Of a DNA stretch of 64,000 bases, positions 32,660-46,221 are shown piece after piece. Position 1 is the first letter of the stretch. Each line of letters starts with the position of its first letter. Where the stretch lies: assembly GCF_009914755.1 (NCBI RefSeq), contig NC_060932.1, one strand, 5' to 3'. The DNA comes from the human T2T-CHM13v2.0 reference genome, Homo sapiens. The position numbers were made by a program, and so were the translations under genes. Under the pieces are notes generated by a model that made no database searches, was not told the DNA's origin, and saw only the letters and a list, made by a program, of their open reading frames with translations.

Positions 32660-33066
32660 TGTCCTCATCCCTTCCCCATGAATGCAGCCAGAGTCTCACA
32701 TCATCACCCACAGCATGAAATCAGAAGGAGCCTTACGTCATTTCAACTCGTGGCATCTAGCACTGACATATCAACCTCTTCTTACAAAAAGTAACTTTAT
32801 TCTTTCCAACCTCTGATACATTTCTGACCAATCAAGATTCAGACCTATACGTGGCCTAAATTGACAAATGATTTTCCCGCATTGGAAGTGCTTCAAATAT
32901 ATAACTTTCTCTTTATGCCACATGATCGTTGCAATTGAGTAGTGTCCGGCCACTGACCCGAAAGAAGCTGTTAGTTTTGCAGACAGCCCTAGTTATCAGC
33001 ATCCTCATGTGCTTATGCACCATGGTAATGAATCAAGGTTGCCCGGTTTGGATGATAACATGACTT

Positions 33067-33350
33067 CAGGTCCACAATCCCTCAGCCTAAACCCTTAAAG
33101 CTGGATGTGTCTTGGAATTAAGAATTTTTCACATTTTACAAAAGTAAAATGGTGCCTGAGGATGTATGTTATGTAACATCCCAATGAAGTCTGGAATGGC
33201 ATTCCAAAATCAAGCACACTAACATTTCTGCAACAAACGAACAAGTATTCACACTAAGTATGATTTTGAAAATAGCCTCAAATCAGGTCAGGTTAGGCTT
33301 TGCCATCATGTGAGTTATGAACTAACTATTGGATCTCAAAGCTTTTAGCA
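33067..33350 (+). mobile_element. Tigger-type DNA transposon fossil (MamRep434-like)
   Basis: caggtccacaatccct...gaattaagaatttttc...tattcacactaag resembles the recalled consensus. Confidence 0.6.
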
Positions 33351-35064
33351 GAATATAGAAGTCATAGCAGAGGAATAGTAGCAGTGGAAAACCATTATGA
33401 GAACTGGTATATGCAAACAGATGCCAGGCACTAGCTATACATGATCTCCTTAATCTCCCCAACAACCTTGAGGTCAAAACTACTTTCAAGAGGGTGTTCT
33501 ACACAAACTGACTTAAAAACACTCTTTTTACAATGTACATGATATATAAATGTTTTAAACCCCTCTCCCAAATCATGAATCAAACCCAATATTGTTATTA
33601 GCCCATTCTTTTACCGGCTTTCTCATTTTGAATGACATTTCTGTTCTTGATTATAGGATTTTAATCTCATTAGAGTCCTACATAACAAATCCAGAGGTAG
33701 ATTTAAAAGAAAAAAATCACACAATTTCAAATTATTTCAGGAGGGCAACCCTGAGATTATTCACTAGTTCAGCAACTCAAACCAAAATTACACACTAACA
33801 ATTACCCCATTAAGGAGCTTTGCTTCCTTTTGTGAAGTATGCTCATCCCATAAGTGTGAAATTTATGTTTACTCTACCATTACAAGGGAAAACTTGATTT
33901 AAAAAAAACAAAAGACTGTACGAGAGCTCAAGGTGTTAATACGGAATTGGATGGTAATCTGCTGAGTCTAGGACTTGTATACTGAGACCTGTGAAAATCT
34001 CGTTACCTATCTTAGCCCACAGTCTCCATATGCAGCTCAAGTGACCCTCAGTCTTCCTAGCTGTGTATTCTACATTTAACTTACTAATTTGGATTCGGTC
34101 TTATCCAAATCATGCCAACTCAGCTTGCAAACTCCTCACCCAGATTACATCTTGTGGAGTTTTTATAAACATATTACTCTAAGAATTACTAACATCATAG
34201 TATATGAGGCTAGAGTGATATGATAATCACCCCTCATATCTCCAGTAAACAATTCACTCTAACAACCTTGGTATAAACTGATTATACATATAATTATCAT
34301 TTTTAATGTTCATCTTGTTCAAACAATGAATTAGATACTATAACAATATAATGCATTAGCATTTTATTCTTTAAGATGCTTCCCTACTGTGTACCTTAAT
34401 TAAGGAACAAGGAAAGCATCCCAACTAAATTTATAGTCTTAGTATAATCTAAAATTATCTTCTCACAAATATGAAAGTCTTTGCTATTGCAAATGTCTTA
34501 GGTTGAGTTCCTTCAGAAGCCAAACCTAAAAGATTTGAATGCAAGTAATTTGGCATGATTCTGGAATCCACGTCTACTGTGCTTAAGGATACCACACCCT
34601 GTGCTGATTCTTCTAAATACTATCTGTCTCTGAAATATCCCCAAACATATGTATTTATTTCCACACATATAGTCATCTGTTTCAGTATTGTGTGTGTGTT
34701 CATCCCCCAAGAAACAGAACGCATTCTCAAGCAGTAAAACCGACCCAGGACACAACACTGTGCCTCTTGGCTAATGGGCCTCAGCTACTATAGAGCACCA
34801 TCACCTTCAGCCAATCTACCAAAGCAAATATGTCTCCATATTGTTGGCTTCTCTTTTATCCATTTATTTTGTGTTTTGTGAACAATTTTGACCCATACTG
34901 TCCCAAAAATCAGTATGCAAGTAATAGTGCTGGATGTGTGACAAAAATTAAAACCTAGGAGAATAAACCTGAACATTGATAGGCAAGATGTTTTAGCTCC
35001 CTAGGCAAGAAGTGTTATCTCCCTTGAGGCATCATCAAGTAAGTGGTCAAAGACAGTAAGGGTC

Positions 35065-36010
35065 TTCTATGTGGAATCATAAAAAGAGCTCAAATATTCA
35101 GAAAGAGAATGAAACAGTGGTTACCACCTGTTGGGTGGGGGAGTGGCCGGGGAATGGGAAATGCAGGTCAAAGAATTCAAAACAGCAGATGTGTATGATG
35201 AACAAGTTTAGACATCTATCGTACAACATGAGAACTAAAGTTAATAAAATTATATTGTATGTCAGGGTTTTTTGTTAAATAAGTGGATTTTAGCTGCTGT
35301 CTTATCACCAAAAATTAACTATCTGAGATGATAGATATGTTAATATCCTTCACTACTGTAACTTTTCTATTAATATATGTATCCTACAACATGTTGTAAA
35401 CCTCAAATATATACAATAAAATTTATTTTAAAATAATAAAAATATTGACAGTACAACAGAGTGACTATAGTCAATAATAACTTAACTGTACATTTTAAAA
35501 TAACTAAAAGAGGGTAATTGGGCCGGGCACGGTGGCTCAAGCCTGTAATCCCAGCACTTTGGGAGGCTGAGGCGGGTGGATCACCTGAGATCAGGAGTTT
35601 GAGACCAGCCTGGCCAATATGGTGAAACTCTGTCTCTACTAAAAATACAAAAATTAGCTGGGCATGGTGGTGGATGCCTGCAATCCCAGCTACTCGGGAG
35701 GCTGAGGCAGAAGAATCACTTGAACCCAGGAGGCGGGGTTGCAGTGAGCCGAGATCATGCCACTGCACTCCAGCCTGGGCAACAGAGCGAGACTCCTTCT
35801 CAAAAAAAAAAAAAAAAAAAAGGAGTGTAATTGGATTGTTTGTAACTCAAAGGATAAATGCTTGAAGGGATGTATACCCCATTCTCCATGATGTGCTTAT
35901 TTCACACTGCATGCCTGTACCAAAGCATCTCACGTACCCCATAAATATATACACCTACTATGTACCCACAAAAATTAAAAATTAAAAAATGTAATAATAA
36001 TAATAAATAC
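35065..36010 (+). mobile_element. Two L1MA 3' ends, the second interrupted by AluS (35521-35821)
   Basis: L1MA 3' UTR motifs; Alu with a gtaattgg-containing TSD. Confidence 0.85.
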
Positions 36011-36101
36011 TTAAAAAGTGGGAGAAACATATTTGTAACATTTATCTCACCTAAACACTTAATATCCCTAATAAATTTTAACTATTAAAATTGAGGAAAG
36101 A

Positions 36102-36275
36102 GAGCCAGGTGTGGTGGCACACACGTGTAGTCCCAGCTACTTGGGAGGCTGAGCTGGGAGAATCACTTGAGCCCAGGAGTGTGAGGCTGCAGTGAGCTAT
36201 GCTTGTGCCTGTGAATAGCCACTGCATTCCAACCTAGGCAATATAATGAGACCCTATCTCTAAAATAAAAAAAAA
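36102..36275 (+). mobile_element. FRAM / Alu right monomer
   Basis: Single arm with gcctgtgaatagccactgca; TSD aattgaggaaag. Confidence 0.8.
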
Positions 36276-37659
36276 GAATAATAATTGAGGAAAGAAACTG
36301 TGATACGTGCACACATCAGAATAATATGCGGTTTTAAACTACAATGAACAAGAGCAGTATGAACTAAAAACAAAAAGAATCAAGGACAGTGAAGGTGAAG
36401 ATCAGCAGTCACATGGGATTGGTAAAGGGAGACTGCTGACATTCTGAGGGCATCATAAACACAACTGCTGCCCAGGAAGACTGAGTAACAACTGAGTGAG
36501 TAGAACCAGAAAGAAAAAAGGCCAGAGGCATACCATGACTTCAGGGGATTTGAAGAGAACAGAGAGCTGTTGCCAGGACTGCCATTGTACAAACAGCATA
36601 TTCCCTTCCAATGTTACTTACATAGAAAGAAGGAAAGGAGGGAGGAATGGAGGGAGGAGGGAAGAAAGGAAGGAAGGGATGAGGGAAAAGAATAAAGGGC
36701 TGGAATTTCCCCAGGCTGTCAGAGGGTGCAGAGCTGAGGCTTCTTGTAACTGTCCCTCTGTTCCTGCAGCCTAAAGGTCCTCTGATCACATCCCCTTCCT
36801 CCCTCATTCTTGGCTAGCTGAGCTCCCATCACCACCCACCACCTGGGTGTTCTAGGGTACATTTCAAAGGAGCAGAAACTGGGGGCAAGAACATGCACGG
36901 AGCCATCCCAGCATGATCGCTCTGCAGGGACAGAGAAACGTGAAACCTCTGCAAAACCAGAATGGCAGCAATCATGATAAAATGAGTAGACACTGTAAAT
37001 CCAAGACATGGATGTACTGAGTCAGGAGATAAGAGATTTGAGGGAGGGACACTATATTGTTAAATTACAGTCATTAAAAATTGTGCTTTGTTTGTTTAGA
37101 AGAAAAATATTAAATTCATGACAAATATTTAATACATTTAAAAATATCTGAGATGTAATGTTTCTCTCCTTCCAAGTCTGCAGTGCTGCTCCGCAGTTTT
37201 CATTTGACACAGCAAGTACACACGTGCCAGAGGCTGTGTTAGGCACTGAGATCATGGAGACGACTGAGAAATAGTAACTTCCCTCAAGAAGCCCAGAGTC
37301 CAGTGTGACAGCATCCAGGTCATTAACAACAGAAGCATTTGCTCTGAAACTAGGATTTTACTAACTGAAGCATTATTTCATTTTTAAAATCCTATACCCA
37401 AGAATTTAAAGACCTTCTCTAATAAGTGAATTACAGAAGGCTTGCTTTGGAAGATATTCAAGCAAATATTGATCTAACCATTAAAAGAAGCTCAGACTAT
37501 CAGGATAAACAACATTATAAATAGTAAAGTCAAAACAAAGTCAACAAGGAAAAGATCCAAGTCAAAATTCTGTCTTTGCTTTTAAATAAAATGAAGTATT
37601 TTTATTCTAGCATCTATTTTTATCAAATATTAGATATATTAATCCATCTGCCAATATCC

Positions 37660-38400
37660 TAGCTATTACCCATCTTCTTCTGTAGAGCACTGGGGTGTTA
37701 GAAAATGTAAGCACCCTTAGAAATACTATAATTTAGTTGGAGAGAAGAAACAGACAACAGAAATGTTAAAAGATATAGATTAATACCATTTCAACATAAG
37801 AAAATCTCAAGCCAGTGTGTGATTAATGGCCAAACAGAGCAGTGCTATCGCAATTCACAAAGGAAAAAAAAAATGAACATTTCAGACAAGTGTATATTAA
37901 GGCAAGATCTTGAAGGACAAGTAAAATTTGGGCATAAAGGGGGCAGGAGGGCAAAAGTGCTCCTGTACAGAAATATGGTAGGAAAAGACCGTAAATAAGG
38001 TAAGGAGTGAATTATTTGAAATAGCAGAGATAGAGTAATGTGGACAGCTTTCAATGTCGAGCCAGGAAATTGGATTTTGTCCTCGGCAATGGGGAATATA
38101 AGGAGCCTATGCCAGTGTTTGAGCAAAGGAATGATATAAGGTGGTATTTTAAGAGCATTTGTCTGGCTTTACTATGTAAGAATTAAAAGGAACCCGATGG
38201 ATAAGAAAACTCGATAGTCCAGACATGAAGTGGTAAGGATCAGAAGTAGGCTGGGACAGTGGACAGTAGTGTGAGAGGTTTAGGAGAAAAGATTCATAAG
38301 ACTTGATAAGTTATTAGAGACCAGGAGATTCACTGGTCTCAACAATAGGTGGCCTAGGGAAAAAATATCATTAATGAAATTAAAGTCAAGATGCAAGACG
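37660..38400 (-). mobile_element. L2 (degenerate)
   Basis: ggaaattggattttgtcct...gttttgagcaaaggaatgat reverse L2 motifs. Confidence 0.6.
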
Positions 38401-38415
38401 TTTCAAAGTAGATGA

Positions 38416-38906
<491 letters not shown>

Positions 38907-39091
38907 TAAATAATATTTTTTTTCTAACTATAAAGTAACTTAAGTTCAGTGCACACAAATTTGGTATCAAAAAAAAAATCCAAAGAAATAAAAGTCATTC
39001 AGAACCCTACTACCCAGAGATGGCTACTTTCACACATGTTTATCCTTTGAGTCTTTTTTTTCCTATGTCAATAAAAATAATAATAATAATA

Positions 39092-39420
<329 letters not shown>

Positions 39421-41929
39421 ATTTTTAAAAATGAGAGGGAAAGGGAGTAGAGGAGAGAGAAGAATGGCTAAGATTTATTGACTGCCTATTACATTCCAAG
39501 CATTAGTCTAAGGTCTTGACATATCTTAACAGTTATTCTTTGCAACAACTCTATGAGCTAGATAATATTACTATCCCTTTATGCAGATGGAGAAACCAGG
39601 GCCCAGAGAGATCAAGTCTGCTGAGGCTGCCTCACTTGTGAGGTGGGCAAGCAGCAGACATGGCACTTTCTGGGAGTCATGGTTTCCCTGGCAGTCCTGG
39701 TGCTATTGCTTTAGAGGGCATGGAAAGAAACAGAACAGGTGGCAGGGAGATGTATGCATTACCATGGATGAGAACTGAAGACAGTTGCTGGAAGGAGACT
39801 GGATGATAGAATTTTGTGCCCTGTGGTACCCTGCTTGTCAAAAGCTTCCACCAGAATGGGAAAGTTTTGCTGAATGGGGAGAAGTTCTTGAGGTTAATGT
39901 AGCAAAAGTAGATGTCACAGGGCAGCCAGGACTGAGTAGACAGTTCACCATAACTGCTCTCCTACTATTTATCATTGTAAAGATGGTGAATTTAGACACC
40001 ATCAGGGTCCAAGGACTAAGAAGGACTTCAGAAACTTTATAAGTGATGAAAAGTGGAAGAGTATTGAACCAATTCCATCATGGTTTGGTTCAGGTTCTTT
40101 TCTGATGAGCAGTATGTCAGCACTCTTTCAGCTCTCTATGTGGATCAGGATTTGTCATAACTATTTTATTGAAGACCTTAGATTACCGGTTTGGAAATTG
40201 TATACAGTTTTTGCTTTAGCAATTCTGCTTTCAGGGCTGTTTTTAGGACTCTTTATGATATTTGTGGCAGATTGCCTTTGTCCTTCAAAAAGGTGCAGAC
40301 TGCAGCCATACTTGTTATATTAGTTCATTCTTGCACTGCTCTAAAGAAATAGCTGAGACTGGGTAATTTATAAAGAGAAGAGGTTTAAGTGGCTCACCAT
40401 TCTGCAGGCTCTAAAGGAAGCATGACAGCTTCTGCTCAGCTTTAGGGTAGGCCTCAAGAAACTTACCATTGTGGCAAAAGGCAAAGGAGAAGCTGGTTCT
40501 TCACATAGCCAGAGCAGGAGGAAGAGAGAGAGGGAAGAGGTGCTACACACTTTTAAAAACCAAATCTCACAATAACTCACTCAATCACTATCATGAGAAC
40601 AGCACTGAGGGGATGGTGCTAAACCATTCATGAGGGACAACCCCTGTGATCCAATTACTTCCCACCAGGCCCCACCTCCAACATTGGGGATTACAATTTG
40701 ACATGAGATTTGGGCGAGGACACAAATCCAAGCCATATCACTCCACCTCTGGCCCTTCTCAAATCTCACATCCTTCTCACATTGCAAAATACAATTATCC
40801 CTTTCCAACAGTCCCCCCAAAGTCTTAACTTATTCCAGCATTAACTCAAAAGTCCAAAGTTCAAAGTCTCATCTGAGACAAGGCAAATCCCTTCAGCCTA
40901 TGAACCTGTAAAATCAAAAACAAGTTAGTTACTTCCAAGACACAATAGGGTACAAGAATTGGGTAAATACTCCCATTCCAAAAGAGATAAATTCAGCAAA
41001 AGGGGCTACAGACCCCTTACAAGTCCAACAAGTCCAAAATCCAGCAAGGCAGTCATTAAATCATAAGCTCCAAAAGAATCTCCTTTGACTCCAAGTCCCA
41101 CATCCAAGGCACTCTGATGCAAGGGGTGGGCTCCCAAGGCCTTGGGCAGCTCTGCCCTGTGACTTTAAAGGATTCAGTCCTCAAAGCTGCTCTCATGGTA
41201 TGGCATTGAGTGGCTGTGGCTTTTCCAGGCTAAGGGTGCAAGATGACAGTGGATCCACTATTCTGGGGTCTGGAGGATGGTGGCCCTCTTCTCACAGCTC
41301 CACTAGGCAGTGCCCCAATGGGGACTTTGTGTGGGGGCTCCAACCCCACATTTCTCCTCTGCACTGCCCTAGTAAATGGTCTCCATGAGGGCTCCGACCC
41401 TGCAGCAGGCTTCTACCTGGACATTCAGGCTTTACCAAACATCCTCTGAAATCTAGGTGGAGGCTCCCAAGCCTCAGCTCTTGTGCTCTGTGCACCAACA
41501 GGGTTAACACTGCATGGAAGCCTCCAAGGCTTACAGCTTACACCCTCTGAAGCATCGGCCCAAACTGTACCTGGGACTCTTTGAGGCATGGCTGAAGTTG
41601 GAGCAGCCGGGATGTGGAAAGCAGTGTCCCAAGATTGCACAGGGCAGGGGGGGCCCTGGGTCTGGCCCATGAAATCACTCTTCCCTTCTAGGCCTCTGGG
41701 CCTGTGATGGGAGGAGCTGTCATGAAGGTCTCTGAAGTGCCTTCAAGGCCTTCTTCCCATTGTCTTATCTATTAGTATTTGTCTTACTTTTAACTATGAA
41801 AATTTATCCATCCTGACTGAATTCCTCCCTAGAAAATGAGAGTTGGTTTTTTTTTTTTCCTACCTCATGGCCAGGCTGGAAATTTACCAAACTTTTGTGT
41901 TCTGCTTCCTTTTTAAATATAAATTCCAG

Positions 41930-42302
41930 GGCCAGGTGCAGTGGCTCACACCTGTAATCACAGCATTTTGGTAGGCTGAGGCAGGAGGATCACTTGAGAC
42001 CAGGAGTTCAAGACCAGCCTGAGCAACACAGCAAGACCCTGCCTCTACTAAAAATACAAGAAAATTAGCCAGGCGTGGTGGCATATGCCTATAAACCCAT
42101 CTACTCAGGAGGCTGTGGTGGGAGGATCACCTGAGCCTGGGAGGCAGAGGTCTACAGTGAGCCATGATCATGCCACTGCACTCCAACCTGGGGAACAAAG
42201 CAAGATTCTGTCTCAAACATTTTATATATATATATATACACACACACATATATACATGTATATATATTATATATGTATATATACGTGTGTATGTATATAT
42301 AT
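41930..42302 (+). mobile_element. AluJ with (TA)n-converted tail, nested in MSTA internal region
   Basis: J-type Alu 41930-42217 followed by a TA/CA repeat. Confidence 0.9.
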
Positions 42303-42651
42303 TTTTTTCAACTTTCAGGTCATTTCTTTGCTCATACATATGAGCATAAAATGTTAGAAGCAGCCAGGCCATATCTTGAATACTTTGCTGATTAGAAATG
42401 ACTTCCACTAGATACCCTAAATCATCTCTCTCAAGTTCAAAGTTCCACAGATTCCTAGAGCAGAGGCACAATGCAGCCAGACCTTTGCTAATGCATAGCA
42501 AAAGTGACCTTTACTCTAGTTTCTAATAAGTTCCTTATCTCCATCTGAGACCTCAGCAGCCTTGACTTTATTGTACATATCACTATCAGCATTTTGGTCA
42601 CAACCATTTAACAAGTCTCTAGGAAGTTCCAAACTTTCCTTCATCTTCCTG

Positions 42652-43767
42652 TGTTGCGGGAAGTAAGGGACCTCAAATGGAGGGACCGGCTGAAGCCATG
42701 GCAGAAGAACATGGATTGTGAAGATTTCATGGACATTTGTTAGTTCCCCAAATTAATACTTTTATAATTTCTTATGCCTGTCTTTACTGCAATCTCTGAA
42801 CATAAATTGTGAAGATTTCATGGACACTTATCACTTCCCCAATCAATACCCTTGTGATTTCCTATGCCTGTCTTTACTTTAAACTCTTAATCCCGTCATC
42901 TTCGTAAGCTGAGGAGGATGTATGTCACCTCAGGACCCTATGATGATTGCGTTAACTGCACAAATTGTTTGTAGAGCATGTGTGTTTGAACAATATGAAA
43001 TCTGGGCACCTTGAAAAAAGAAAAGGATATCAGCAATGTTCAGGGAACAAGAGAGATAACCTTAAACTCTGACTGCCGGTGAGCTGGGCGGAACAGAGCC
43101 ATATATCTCTTCTTTCAAAAGCAAATGGGAGAAATATTGCTGAATTCTTTTTCCCAGCAAGGAACATCCCTGAGAAAGAGAATACGTCCCTGAGGGCAGG
43201 CCTCTAAAATGGCCACTTCGTGGCGGGGGGTGGCCGTCTTTTATGGTCGAAGCTGTAGGGATGAAATAAGTCCCAGTCTCCCGTAGCACTCCCAGGCTTA
43301 TTAGGACAAGGAAATTCCCACCTAATAAATTTTGGTCAGACTGGTTGTCTGCTCTCAAACCCTGTCTCCTGATAAGATGTTATCAATGACAATGCGTGCC
43401 CAAAACTTCATTAGCAATTTTAATTTTGCCCCGGTCCTGTGGTCCTGTGATCTCGCCCTGCCTCCATTTGCCTTGTGATATCTTATTACCTTGTGAAGCA
43501 TGTGATCTCTGTGACCCACACCCTATTTGTACACTCCCTCCCCTTTTGAAAACCACTAATAGAAACCTGCTGGTTTTATGGCTCAGGGGGAATCACGGAA
43601 CCTGCCGACATGTGATGTCTCCCCCGGACACCCAGCTTTAAAATTTCTCTTTTGTACTCTTTCCCTTTACTTCTCAGACCAGCCGACACTTAGGGAAAAT
43701 AGAAAAGAACCTACATGAAATATCGGGGGTGAATTTCACCTGATATCTGGCTGAATTTCTCCCAATA
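42652..43767 (+). mobile_element. MER11 (HERV-K11/HML-8) solo LTR nested in MSTA internal region
   Basis: Starts tgttgcgggaagt, ends ctgaatttctcccaata; ~1.1 kb; cctg duplicated on both sides. Confidence 0.9.
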
Positions 43768-45137
43768 CCTGTCTTATTCTGAGCCCTCCACACTCTTTCA
43801 ACCTCTACCTATTACCCAGCTCTAAAGTCACTTCCACATTTTCAGGTATCTGTATGGCAATGCCCCACTCCTCAGTACCAATTTTCTGTATTGGTCCTTT
43901 CTTGCACTGCTCTAAAGAAATACCTGAGACTGGGTAATTTATAAAGAAAAGAGCTTTAATTGGCTCATGGTTCTACAGCCTGTAGAGGAAGTATGAAGGC
44001 TTCTGTTTGGCTGCTGATGAGGCCTCAGGAAAGTTACAATTACAGTGAAAGGCAAAGGGGAAGCTGGCACTTCACATGGCCAATGCAAGAGGAAGAGAGA
44101 GAGGGAAGAGGTGCTACACACTTTTAAATAACCAGATCTCATGATAACTCACCCACTCACTATCACAAGAACACCACAGAGTGGATGGTGTTAAACCATT
44201 CATGAGTGACCACCCCCATGATTTAATCACCTCCCACCAAGCTCCACCTCCAACACTGGGGATTACAATTCGACATGAGATTTGGGCAGGGACACAGATC
44301 CAAGCCATAGCACCAGTCCAAAAAATTATTACCAGAATCTTCTCAACCTTTGAACAATGTGGAGGAGGAACACGAGGTGGATGAAGAAGTTTCCAAAGAG
44401 GAAGCTGAAAGTAAAGAAGGATTAAAGAAAGGCTTTCCATAGAATGCTATACATTGGCCATGGATAAATCCTAACTTTTATAGTTATCTTAATGTTATGA
44501 TTTTGACAACAATAGAAGATTAATCTTTTCTTTTGGTTTGAAGTGAAATGTTACTTGCTTGTCTATATATTGCAGGGCTCAGACTAGACTGTCATTAGAT
44601 TGAGAGTCTACATTCAGAACATAAAAGCACTAAGTATAAAAGTTTGAAATATGATTTAAGCACAATTTGGTGGTTTAAATAATTCTTTAACTTTTGAAAA
44701 ATCTGGTGCCAAGCAATGAGATTTGTGTGTGTTTGTTTAATAATAACCTGTTTCAAGTCTGAGTTTTGAAAATTTATATTTTACAAGTATTACGTTATTG
44801 GAGGTATTTAAGAAGCTTACTTTAGAGAAAAAGAATTCTCATCTGGTACAATTTTTCTTTGTTTCACTGTATGAAAAGAAGAAGATATTTCCCACAAATA
44901 AAAAGAAATATCCCACAAATGGGAACTTTGCCCATTGTCTCAAGAAATGTGTATTTCAATGACAACTCTGTGGTCTTGTTAGAGATATAATCAATTTTTT
45001 TTCATGCTTTTAGAATATGCAACTAACAAAAACTACCTTATATTAATTACAGTTTTCTACACACAGTAATGCACGATATGCTATTGATCTAGGAAGTTTT
45101 TATTTGTCCATAATATTCTCTTGATTCCTATAAAGGT

Positions 45138-45502
45138 TGTATTTGTCCATTCTCCCACTGTTGTAAGGACTTACCTGAGACTGAGTAATTTATAAAGGAA
45201 AAAGGTTTAATTAACTCACAGTTCAACATGGCAGGGGAGGTCTCAAGAAACTTACAATCATGGCAGAAGGGGAAGCAAAAACGTCCTTCTTCACATGGCA
45301 ATAGCGAAGAGAGGTACTGAGCAAAAGGGGGAAAAGCCCCTTATAAAACCATCAGATCTTGTGAGAACTCACTATCACAAGAACAGCATGAGGATAACCA
45401 ATGATCAACTGCCTCCCACTGGGTCTGTCCCACAACATGTGGGGATTAGGGGAACTACAATTTAAGATGAGATTTGGGTGGGGACACAGCCAAACCATAT
45501 CA
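45138..45502 (-). mobile_element. THE1 (THE1C-like) solo LTR
   Basis: tgtatt...ccaaaccatatca termini, 365 bp, perfect 5-bp TSD aaggt. Confidence 0.92.
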
Positions 45503-45843
45503 AAGGTTGATTTTCTTTTTTGTATTTTTCTTATTTACTATGGATTTCATTTTTTATTTTTCAAATTAGATAATAATTTCCTGAAAATATTTTTCATGTT
45601 TTGGTAAATGGTATTTTTTGCTGTTGTTTCAAACTAAAGTTTACTGAAAGATCTACCAAATTGAACTATCTGTTGATAATTTGAAATTTTGGTCACCTAT
45701 TTCAGATTTTACATTATTCTGCTGAACTTCTACTTGAACTTTTTGTCATTTTTCTTTTTTGGATGTAAAGGTGAACATTCCTGATTTATCTGATTCGGAA
45801 AAGCCTTGGTATTTTACATTTTGAAAATTCACAGACGCTTGAA

Positions 45844-45945
45844 TTTTTTTTTTTTTTTTTTTTTTTTTGAGACAAGGTCTTGCCCTGTCACTCAGCCTGG
45901 AATGCAGTAGCACAATCACAGATCACTGCAGCTTTGACCTCCCAG
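45844..45945 (-). mobile_element. Truncated AluJ 3' fragment followed by (GGA)n
   Basis: Poly-T plus ~80 bp of the Alu right arm. Confidence 0.8.
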
Positions 45946-46221
45946 GAGGAGGAGGAGGAGAAGAGGCCTGCCCAAACTAGCATACTGCCTCTTGCATGAT
46001 GTGCTTTATAGCTTATACCAGTTTGAACAGATAACAATGGAACACATTCATTCATTCATTCTTTAGCCAAGTCTCTAAACTTTGCTACTCTATATGAACA
46101 GCAGAATTCCTAGGAAAATCTCACCAAAGGGATACCAACTGGCATCTTTTCTTTTACATAATTATTTACCACATAGCTGCTCTCCCTTTGATTCATTGGG
46201 ATTTCTCAACTTATTGAATCC

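Larger units (their letters stand above)
40316..44312 (-). mobile_element. Full-length MSTA MaLR retroelement (LTR-internal-LTR)
   Basis: LTRs 43887-44312 (5' on minus strand) and 40316-40740 (3'), ~425 bp each. Internal region starts gaaaattggtactgaggagtggggcattgc on the minus strand. Degenerate 5-bp TSD cttgt / ccagt. Confidence 0.9.
39620..45843 (+). pseudogene. Processed pseudogene of TMX1 (thioredoxin-related transmembrane protein 1), in three pieces: ~39620-40315, 44313-45137, 45508-~45843
   Basis: ATG at 39660. Intronless TMX1-like peptides LLEGDWMIEF.A.WYPACQ.L.PEWESFAEWGE.LEVN.AKVDVT.QPGLS and MSSMSALFQLSMWIR.CHNYFIEDL.LPVW...MIFVADCLCPSKR..QPY. After the MSTA it resumes KKLL.ES.QPL..VEEE.E.DEE...EEAESKEG...DKS*, then AT-rich 3'UTR-like sequence. 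Stops at 39712 (TAG) and 39776 (TGA); frameshift near 39960. Confidence 0.93.

Noticed and set aside
39785-40323. Functional thioredoxin-like gene
   Set aside because: Upstream stops, a frameshift, loss of the first active-site Cys and an LTR insertion mark it as a pseudogene.
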